Below, piece after piece: positions 46,334 through 53,104 of a stretch of 64,000 bases of DNA (within the stretch, counting starts at the first letter, position 1; every line of letters starts with the position of its first letter). A program made the position numbers and the translations under genes. The notes beneath the pieces were generated by a model. That model worked only from the letters and a program-made list of their open reading frames with translations. It ran no database searches and was not told the origin of the DNA. Origin of the DNA: a virus; the IMG/VR virus record IMGVR_UViG_3300026538_000054, positions 128,285-192,284 of that record, one strand, 5' to 3'.

Positions 46334-49300
46334 ATCGCGGCGTCGCCGTCGCGCCAGTCAGCCCCTGGTTCATCAGCGCCGCTATGCTGCTCGTTGGCCA
46401 TGTAGCGACGAGCCGAGGCCAGGTCAGGCCAGCGGCCCGTGCTCTGCCAGAGAGCGCAGCAACCGATGTTCACCGCCTGGGCGAAATCATCCGGGAACAT
46501 CGGGCTTCGGATGATCGTGTAGATGTCCGAGCCGGCGGCGGTAGGCGTCTTGTTCTCGGTGAGCGACAGGAAGTCATGGAGCAGGCCGGGGTCGTCCTTG
46601 CTCTTGAAGTCGTACTTGAAGAACCGCAGGATGCCCAGCTTGATGCAGGCGCAGGTAAGGCCCAGAGACTTCGTCTTGTCCACCTGCCAGTAGGCCCTGG
46701 GCCTTTCCGGCGTGGCCGGCTTGTAGGTCATCGTGTGCTGCCGGGCGGCGCCGATGTAGGCCACGGGGATTACGACGTCGGCGTCCAGCCCCGCCTGGAT
46801 CAGGAAGGTCTCCCTGAGGGCCCCTGCGCCCGTGTAGTCGTGGACGAGCAACCTGCAGCCGAACTGCCGCCAGACATCCAGGACGGCCTCGGCCTCTCGC
46901 AGGTGGTCATGAGGCGTTAACAGCCTCTTGCCGTAGATCACGTCGATCTGACCCGACGGCTTGATGCCCATGACGGCCAGCGTGGTGAAGCTGACCCTGT
47001 CTTCGCCGCCTCCGCCCCAGTCCACGGTCAGGATGAGCAGGTCGTAGTTTCTGGCGTGGCGCAGGACCACGGGCGACGGCTCACTGGAGTTTTCCCACTC
47101 CAGGCACCCGGCGCGGACCAGGTCCGTGATGTTCACGAGCTTGGTGCCCTGGTCGTAGCTCTCGCCCAAACACTCGTTGTAGAACTTGGCCGTGGTGGTG
47201 TTGCCGTAGCCGTTCATCTTGGCCACGAGGCTAGCCCAGTGGGCCTCGCGGGCGTAGTGAATAGGCAGGATGATTTGCGGTACGTGGTAGCCGGGAAATC
47301 GCTTGGCCAGTCTCTCCACCTTGTGGACCCATCGCCCCAGCCTGGGGTTGACCGGGCGCCCGCACTTCGAGTTGGCGCAGATGATGCCTGGGCTTTCTTC
47401 CGAGATGTCATCTCTGACCGGTCCAATCATGCGCTCCAGGTCGTAGCCCGCCGCCGGGACGTTGATCTTGTGGCAGACCAGGCACGGGATGCACCACTCC
47501 GCCTGGGAACTGCTGGTCCAGGCCCAGTGCAGGGTGGTGTCCAGGGTCTTGGGCGTCCCGGAGTAGATCTTCGCTCGCCAGGTGCTAGCGGAAATGGTCT
47601 CGTTAACGACGGCGAGAAGACCTGGATCAAAGTTCTGGCAGTTAGACACCCCGATGCCATTCGCCACGAAGGTGTGCGTGCCTTCAACCTCGATGTCGAA
47701 GACGTCGTGGACCCCTACGTCTTCGATCCGGACGAGGTCGGCCACAGCGAGGCCGTCAGCCGGGTGAACTCGTCCGAGAAGGTCGCTCTCTTCTCCTCGG
47801 AAAGGTTGTCTCTCTTGAGCATCATCCGCAGATAGCTCAGCCGCACCAGCATGACCGCCCGCTTCGGCTTGCAGTCCTGGCAGGACCACTCGGTCGCGCG
47901 CGGCAAGCCTGTCTTCTTGGCCCGGTAGGTGGCCTGGTAAGCCTTGAGCTTCTCTGGGTTCTTCTTGTTCCACGCCGCCTGTTTCGCCCTGACTGCTTCG
48001 CGATCGACGGGCCTCGCCTTTTTCTTCGCTCGCGCGGCCTCCTGCCGTTCCTTGGCTAGAGGATGGGCCTTTTCGTTCGCGTACCAGAGGCGACGTCTGG
48101 CGATCAGACAGGAGTCGCTGCCGCAGCACCAGTAACGGATCTTTTTCTTCCACACCGCCTGGTGGCCCTTTGACGGGAAGTTCTTGCCGCAGAAGTGGCA
48201 GTCGGCCGTCTCCACTCTGCCAGACGTGTCCAGCTTGTAGTACATCGACGGAGGCGTGAAGTCCTCCAGGATGCGCATCAGTCGAACGGCGGAGGACGTT
48301 TTGAACATCACCTGGGGGTAGGTCTTTTCCTTGACCTTGGCCGCGTACGTCGAACACGTGAAACCGTTCGTGAAGATCCGGAGGCCCGGCGTGCAGCCGA
48401 GCTTCGTGTGGGAGCCGTCGTCGGCCACCCACCACGCCAGGGCCTGGAGCAGGTTGGTCTCGTCGATGGCCTTCAGCCACGCCTCCGTGACCGTCTTCAC
48501 GCCCCCTGGGTAGCACAGCTCGCGCCAGTATTTGAGCTCCGAGGTGACGACAGTCCAGAACCTGACCGACCTGTGCCCGAGTTTGTTCTTCTTCGAGAGC
48601 GATGGTACGCCAACTACGAGCTCGGACAAGCAGATGTACTTGGTCCAGAGGTACTCGGCCTGCTTGGGGCTGTGGTTGATGGCGAAGTAGCCTTCCGGGC
48701 TGATGTACCCGTCGCCCAGCAGCGTCCCCAGAAGCAGGGCCTTCTGCTCCATGTCCAACGGCCTCTTCTTGGCGATCTCGATCTCGGCCAGTCTCGTCTT
48801 GCGCTCGTCGGGAGGCAGCTTCGACGATCTGGGAAACACGAAGCCATCCGGCACTCGTGGCCACGAAAGAGTCTGAAGTAAGGTCAACGTAGGTCCCCTG
48901 GGAGGTGTGAAGTCGGTAGCATCGTCGACGACCGTGCCATGATGATTCCACCACTCGTCGGTAGACGATACGGCCGTCCGGATCGAAAGATTCCACCTGG
49001 TCGCCGACAACGACGTCCCGAATCAAGAGGCGGCCCCTGGAAGTCATGACCCAGGTCGTGTCGCCTCTGGCGCTTTCGTCTATCCCAATTAGCTCAGATG
49101 GGATACCGCGGATTCGCTCAGCGTCGGTGAACGCGTAGGAGCAGAAGATCCTTGAGAAATTGCAGAAGCTGCGCTGGAGGACCGAGTTCTCGGTGTCAGG
49201 GCCCACCCAGGCCGAGCGCAAGGGGCTCGTCTCGATGAAGGGCCTGAGATACTGCGTCGAAAAGCGCCTGATCTGCTCGAAGAGGGGCGTGATGTACAGG

Positions 49301-49590
49301 ACCGAGAAGTGAGGCACCGTGGCGCAGATCAGAAGGCCCTTGGCGGCCAGGGCGTTTGACTTGCCGCATTGCCTGCCGGTCTTCAACACCGTTTCGGGAG
49401 GTACGTCCAGGTCGAAGAACGGCTCGAAAGGAAAATGGTCGTCCAGGCCGTAGGGCTTTCCCTTCAGTCTGAGAAACAGCGGTAGAAAGGGAGCGAAGTT
49501 TCCTTCGCCTCCCTGTGACATGAGGCCTTGGATCTTCTCCATCAGGGCGCTCGCGTCGCCCTGTTCGTTGCTCTGGACCGGATAACTCAT
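46324..49590 (-). CDS. terL: Terminase large subunit (GpA-like) with intein
   Basis: KTGRQCGKS Walker A, RIRGI..IGIDE|CQNFD Walker B after splicing, SGTPKT, CLVC..C..C zinc site, GYHVPQI, LTVDWGGG nuclease. Confidence 0.9.
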   Translation of the reverse strand: MSYPVQSNEQGDASALMEKIQGLMSQGGEGNFAPFLPLFLRLKGKPYGLDDHFPFEPFFDLDVPPETVLKTGRQCGKSNALAAKGLLICATVPHFSVLYITPLFEQIRRFSTQYLRPFIETSPLRSAWVGPDTENSVLQRSFCNFSRIFCSYAFTDAERIRGIPSELIGIDESARGDTTWVMTSRGRLLIRDVVVGDQVESFDPDGRIVYRRVVESSWHGRRRCYRLHTSQGTYVDLTSDSFVATSAGWLRVSQIVEAASRRAQDETGRDRDRQEEAVGHGAEGPASGDAAGRRVHQPGRLLRHQPQPQAGRVPLDQVHLLVRARSWRTIALEEEQTRAQVGQVLDCRHLGAQILARAVLPRGREDGHGGVAEGHRRDQPAPGPGVVGGRRRLPHEARLHAGPPDLHERFHVFDVRGQGQGKDLPPGDVQNVLRRSTDAHPGGLHASVDVLQAGHVWQSGDGRLPLLRQELPVKGPPGGVEEKDPLLVLRQRLLSDRQTSPLVRERKGPSSSQGTAGGRASEEKGEARRSRSSQGETGGVEQEEPREAQGLPGHLPGQEDRLAARDRVVLPGLQAEAGGHAGAAELSADDAQERQPFRGEESDLLGRVHPADGLAVADLVRIEDVGVHDVFDIEVEGTHTFVANGIGVSNCQNFDPGLLAVVNETISASTWRAKIYSGTPKTLDTTLHWAWTSSSQAEWCIPCLVCHKINVPAAGYDLERMIGPVRDDISEESPGIICANSKCGRPVNPRLGRWVHKVERLAKRFPGYHVPQIILPIHYAREAHWASLVAKMNGYGNTTTAKFYNECLGESYDQGTKLVNITDLVRAGCLEWENSSEPSPVVLRHARNYDLLILTVDWGGGGEDRVSFTTLAVMGIKPSGQIDVIYGKRLLTPHDHLREAEAVLDVWRQFGCRLLVHDYTGAGALRETFLIQAGLDADVVIPVAYIGAARQHTMTYKPATPERPRAYWQVDKTKSLGLTCACIKLGILRFFKYDFKSKDDPGLLHDFLSLTENKTPTAAGSDIYTIIRSPMFPDDFAQAVNIGCCALWQSTGRWPDLASARRYMANEQHSGADEPGADWRDGDAAIYG
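47641..49074 (-). mobile_element. Intein (478 codons) in terminase Walker B
   Basis: Starts SARGDT after IDE, Hint N-domain, ends VFDIEVEGTHTFVANGIGVSN followed by Cys. Confidence 0.88.
47715..48752 (-). CDS. LAGLIDADG homing endonuclease nested in the intein in the +1 frame
   Basis: LLGTLLGDG and ALAWWVADDG motifs, C-terminal Cys cluster and basic tail; ATG 48752 with AAGAGG 9 nt upstream (frame open from 49010). Confidence 0.85.
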   Translation of the reverse strand: MEQKALLLGTLLGDGYISPEGYFAINHSPKQAEYLWTKYICLSELVVGVPSLSKKNKLGHRSVRFWTVVTSELKYWRELCYPGGVKTVTEAWLKAIDETNLLQALAWWVADDGSHTKLGCTPGLRIFTNGFTCSTYAAKVKEKTYPQVMFKTSSAVRLMRILEDFTPPSMYYKLDTSGRVETADCHFCGKNFPSKGHQAVWKKKIRYWCCGSDSCLIARRRLWYANEKAHPLAKERQEAARAKKKARPVDREAVRAKQAAWNKKNPEKLKAYQATYRAKKTGLPRATEWSCQDCKPKRAVMLVRLSYLRMMLKRDNLSEEKRATFSDEFTRLTASLWPTSSGSKT

Positions 49591-49738
49591 GGCTCATCCC
49601 AATAGCGACTTCAGCCTCGGCTTCGTAGCCGAGCTGCTCGAAGCGCTTTTCTGCGTGCTTGCGCTCTTCTGCGCGTGTTCCATTCGCGTCGTCTGCGGCC
49701 TGCTGGGGCTTCTCCTTCAGGCCGTCTTCGGCGACTGA
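49589..49738 (+). CDS. Possible 49-aa hydrophobic membrane peptide
   Basis: MAHPNSDFSLGFVAELLEALFCVLALFCACSIRVVCGLLGLLLQAVFGD; below the ORF-track cutoff. Confidence 0.3.
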   Translation: MAHPNSDFSLGFVAELLEALFCVLALFCACSIRVVCGLLGLLLQAVFGD

Positions 49739-49810
49739 TCCCTGCTAATCTCAGGTTCGCCCTTCCCCGGCCCTGCGCGGCGGGCGTAATGCCGCGAAGA
49801 GAAAAACACC

Positions 49811-50026
49811 ATGTCAGGCAACTGCCGAGTGTACCTGGAGCGCGTCGGTATCCGTCCGACGATACACCAGTTCCGAAGGCCCGTTCTTTCACCGGGCCGC
49901 AATATTGTGATGCGCTCGCCGGCGATCCTGACGCCCGAGCAACAACTGATCAACCAGGACCTCAACGGGCCGGATAGGGCCGGCGGGACCGAGCCCTGGC
50001 CGGACGAGAAAGTGGTGAGCTCTTGA
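49811..50026 (+). CDS. Hypothetical protein
   Basis: 71 aa ORF. Confidence 0.4.
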   Translation: MSGNCRVYLERVGIRPTIHQFRRPVLSPGRNIVMRSPAILTPEQQLINQDLNGPDRAGGTEPWPDEKVVSS

Positions 50027-50190
50027 AGGAGTTGGACTCGTGGGCCGGTCTTTTCGCCATGTTCGTCGCGATCCTTGTGGGCTGGGGCCTGTACACGGGT
50101 GACCTGCCCTGCTGCGCGCTTCTGCCCATCGCCCTGGTCGTCCTTGTCGTGTTCAAGCTCCTGGGCGCGGTATACGGGCCAAAAAAGTAA
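50023..50190 (+). CDS. Possible 55-aa two-TM membrane protein
   Basis: TTG start overlapping the previous stop; two hydrophobic segments and a basic C-terminus (GPKK). Confidence 0.45.
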   Translation: MKELDSWAGLFAMFVAILVGWGLYTGDLPCCALLPIALVVLVVFKLLGAVYGPKK

Positions 50191-50200
50191 GAGGAAGAAC

Positions 50201-50746
50201 ATGGTCGCAAAGGCCGGCAGGACGGAGAATCAGCTACTGCCAATGCGCGTTCACATCCGCTGGATGCTCCGGCGCGACATGAACGAAATCTTGCGCATCG
50301 AGCAGGACAGTTTCGAGCTCCCTTGGACAGAGGAGGACTTTTTGAACTGTCTGCGCTCGAGAAATTGCATTGGCATGTCGGCCGAGCAGGGCGAGCGTGT
50401 CGTCGCCTTCATGATCTACGAGCTGCACAAGAGGAAGCTGGACATCCTGAACTTTGCCGTCCAGCCGGACTTCCGACGAGCAAGAGTGGGCGCGCAGATG
50501 GTGTCCAAGCTTATCAGCAAGTTGTCGGGCCACCGAAGGACGCACATCACCGCTGTCGTGCGAGAGACGAACCTGCAGGCCCAGTTGTTCTTCAGGGCCG
50601 TGAATTTCACGGCCCTCCGTGTTCTACGAGACCATTTCGACGACACGGGCGAGAGCGCCTACCTGATGCGCTACCGCTTACCAATGTCGGAGTGGGCGCG
50701 CGAGAACCTCGAAGAGGAAGAAGCTGGTGAACCAGCCGACGAATGA
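50201..50746 (+). CDS. rimI: Ribosomal-protein-alanine N-acetyltransferase (GNAT)
   Basis: RVHIRWMLRRDM..WTEEDFLNCLRSRNCIGM..NFAVQPDFRRARVG..VRETNLQAQLFF, very like planctomycete RimI. Confidence 0.88.
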   Translation: MVAKAGRTENQLLPMRVHIRWMLRRDMNEILRIEQDSFELPWTEEDFLNCLRSRNCIGMSAEQGERVVAFMIYELHKRKLDILNFAVQPDFRRARVGAQMVSKLISKLSGHRRTHITAVVRETNLQAQLFFRAVNFTALRVLRDHFDDTGESAYLMRYRLPMSEWARENLEEEEAGEPADE

Positions 50747-50761
50747 AGGCGGTGGCAGGAC

Positions 50762-51478
50762 ATGACCGACGGTGACGTGATCCTCCGCGCGGTCCTCGCC
50801 AGTCCGGGGGACGACCTGACACGCCTGGCTTACGCGGACTGGCTGGAAGAGAGCGGCGAGCTGCCGCGGGCGGAGCTCATTCGCGTGCAGTTGGAAGAGG
50901 CGAGATTGCACGTTTGTGACTGCGCACCGTCGCTGTTTGTCCAGCCTGGTTGTGCAACCTGTGCCGTGGTGAAACCGCTGCGACGTAAAGCGCACAAACT
51001 GTTGCTGGGCCTGACCCACCACTTCAGGCCGCTGACGGGCTACTCCTGGTCCGTGCTCGGTCGCATGCCTGACGGTGACACGCCTGGCAGCCACGTTCGT
51101 CGCGGCTGCGTCGAATCCGTCCGCCTGTCCTGCGACGAGTTTCTCAGCCACGCCGAGGCCATATTCGGGCAGCACCCGGTTACGAAGGTGTTGCTGTCAG
51201 ATTTGAGTCCCCTCTATAACGTCTGCGGCCTTTGGCCGGCCGGCTACATAGACCCTTCGGATGCGGATCGGGCTGGATGGCTGTTGCGCAAGGGGACGAG
51301 GGATGAGTTCTCCTTGCCAGCCGTCCTGTTTGACTTGCTGCCGCCCGCGCCGCTTGTTTCCTCCCCGGGGTGCTGGGCGTGCAGCGAAGAGGCTGACGCT
51401 CTTACCGCCCTCTCCATCGCCTGCATCCGCTACGGCCGAGGAATTGTCGGCCTGCCGCCCTTGGAGCTTGAAGCATGA
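50762..51478 (+). CDS. TIGR02996 domain protein
   Basis: ILRAVLASPGDDLTRLAYADWLEESGELPRAELIRVQLE; RRGCVESVRL. Confidence 0.85.
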   Translation: MTDGDVILRAVLASPGDDLTRLAYADWLEESGELPRAELIRVQLEEARLHVCDCAPSLFVQPGCATCAVVKPLRRKAHKLLLGLTHHFRPLTGYSWSVLGRMPDGDTPGSHVRRGCVESVRLSCDEFLSHAEAIFGQHPVTKVLLSDLSPLYNVCGLWPAGYIDPSDADRAGWLLRKGTRDEFSLPAVLFDLLPPAPLVSSPGCWACSEEADALTALSIACIRYGRGIVGLPPLELEA

Positions 51479-51876
51479 CCACGACCCCTGACGACATGGA
51501 CCGTTCTCCCGAGGCCGGCCAGTCGCCCGAGAAAGACGGCAAGAACAAGTACTCGGCATGGCCCTTCCTGATCAGCCTGGCCCGCGACGGCGACAGGGTG
51601 CATTTCGAGATCACGGACTACTACGGCAACCCTGTGGCGAGCTACGACAGCGACGACCACTCATTCACGGTGAGCCCGGAAGAGGCGATGGCCAACGCCA
51701 GGTTGCTCCTCCTGGCCCCGCGGACGGCCGAACGGCTCAGACAACTGACCGCCGTCGCCGACAAACTCATGACCCTGGCTGTTGACCTCGACGTCACGGA
51801 AGAGGAGATGGTGGCGATTACCTCGACCATCGCCCAGGCGAGGGACCACCTGAAAGAACTGCCAGAGGCAGTATAG
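51475..51876 (+). CDS. Hypothetical phage protein
   Basis: EAMANARLLLLAP motif common in phage accessory proteins. Confidence 0.6.
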   Translation: MTTTPDDMDRSPEAGQSPEKDGKNKYSAWPFLISLARDGDRVHFEITDYYGNPVASYDSDDHSFTVSPEEAMANARLLLLAPRTAERLRQLTAVADKLMTLAVDLDVTEEEMVAITSTIAQARDHLKELPEAV

Positions 51877-51884
51877 GACTAATC

Positions 51885-52130
51885 GTGGCTGACATCACCG
51901 TACGTAAACTGGAGCTTCTGGTTAGAGGGCTCAAGCACGCTATCAAGAAAAAGCGCCAGGTGGGCGAGCGTTTTCGCAACCACTCGCTCGACTGGTCGCG
52001 CGCCCGAAAGTCCCACTTGGACGCAGACACAGAGATCGAGAAGGCCGAGGAAAATCTCCTGGCTGTCTGCCGCGGCCTGGTAAGTGGCGGTCTGAGCGTC
52101 AGCCACGTCACCGAGGACGAAAAAACATGA
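51885..52130 (+). CDS. Hypothetical protein
   Basis: AGGA upstream, operonic. Confidence 0.5.
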   Translation: MADITVRKLELLVRGLKHAIKKKRQVGERFRNHSLDWSRARKSHLDADTEIEKAEENLLAVCRGLVSGGLSVSHVTEDEKT

Positions 52131-52570
52131 ATGCCGCCGACGTTCTTGCGACGGTGAGGTCGTTGCTCCTCACGAACGACGATGTCGCTCGCCAGGCCCT
52201 GGCCGATATGTTCGAGGAGCTGAAGGACGAGGAGATGGTCAACCTGCTCCGAAAGGGCCTGGAGGTCTGTGTCGTCTGGGGCGAGGACGACTCGATCCTT
52301 GACTACGCGCCGACCCTTGACCAGGGCCTGGAACGCATCGAGACCTATCTGTTTCACAGTCTTGAGGCAAAGCGCGCGTTCGAGACGGCCCTCATGGAGC
52401 ACGACGGTTGGACCGACTGCTCCACCGGCACCGAGGAAGAGGTCGAGGAGTACGTCCGCTCCCTGTACGACGAGGACGAGTCGTTGCACGACGAGGACGA
52501 GTCGTTGCTCGCCGAGGCAGATGATGAACTGTCCGACAACGACGTCGCTCGCGGGGGCCAGCTCACTTGA
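52127..52570 (+). CDS. Acidic protein, paralog of 26541..26999
   Basis: Shared N-terminal helix; 21-bp tandem repeat 52467-52508. Confidence 0.6.
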   Translation: MNAADVLATVRSLLLTNDDVARQALADMFEELKDEEMVNLLRKGLEVCVVWGEDDSILDYAPTLDQGLERIETYLFHSLEAKRAFETALMEHDGWTDCSTGTEEEVEEYVRSLYDEDESLHDEDESLLAEADDELSDNDVARGGQLT

Positions 52571-52911
52571 CTCTCGAGCACGTCCTGATCGTCGGTCTGG
52601 CCGCCCATGCCATCTCTCGTGTCTGGTTCGACGGCTCTCTCTTTCAGGACAAGAGGGCCAGGCTTCAGGCCGCGCCCGACTCCTTTCTGCGAACCTTGCT
52701 CCTCTGTCGGCTGTGCTTCTCCATGCAGGCTGCGTGCCTTCTGGCGCTTCTCTGGGCCCTCTTTTCCCTGGCTGGTGAGAACACGGCCTTCTGGCTGCAA
52801 CTGCCTGTCTGCGTCCTGGCCGCCGCCGCGGTGGCAAGCCTGATTTGTTTTCAGGAAAACAAACTCGCCCCTGTCGAGGTGACTTACAAGGAGGAAACGA
52901 AGGGGCCGTAG
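52567..52911 (+). CDS. DUF1360-like membrane protein
   Basis: GLAAHAISRVWF..LLLCRLCFSM pattern with TM segments. Confidence 0.55.
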   Translation: MTLEHVLIVGLAAHAISRVWFDGSLFQDKRARLQAAPDSFLRTLLLCRLCFSMQAACLLALLWALFSLAGENTAFWLQLPVCVLAAAAVASLICFQENKLAPVEVTYKEETKGP

Positions 52912-52979
52912 CAGGCCCTTATGGTCCTGAGAGGACCGGCCACCGCACCTGGGCGCTAACTCCGTCATAATGCGTTTCG

Positions 52980-53013
52980 ACCGCCGCGCGACCTGCCTGG
53001 GCGGCGGTAAAAA
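52980..53013 (-). terminator. Hairpin with A-tract (minus-strand terminator-like)
   Basis: ACCGCCGC/GCGGCGGT 8-bp stem followed by AAAAA on the + strand. Confidence 0.35.
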
Positions 53014-53104
53014 GGAGCACTTCAGCCCGCCGAGGCTAACCAAGCGCCTCGACTTGTTCTTGCTTTCCCGATATCCGGGCTCGTTCATTCGTTAGGGCAT
53101 CGCC

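Noticed and set aside
53021-53040. Possible degenerate extra copy of the two-stem element (CTTCAGCCCGCCGAGGCT)
   Set aside because: Only one stem can form, so it was not counted.
52912-53104. Cobalamin riboswitch or NrdR box upstream of the B12-dependent RNR
   Set aside because: No B12-box or GGGAA/ACTG core and no NrdR consensus visible; only a hairpin and a CATAAT hexamer.
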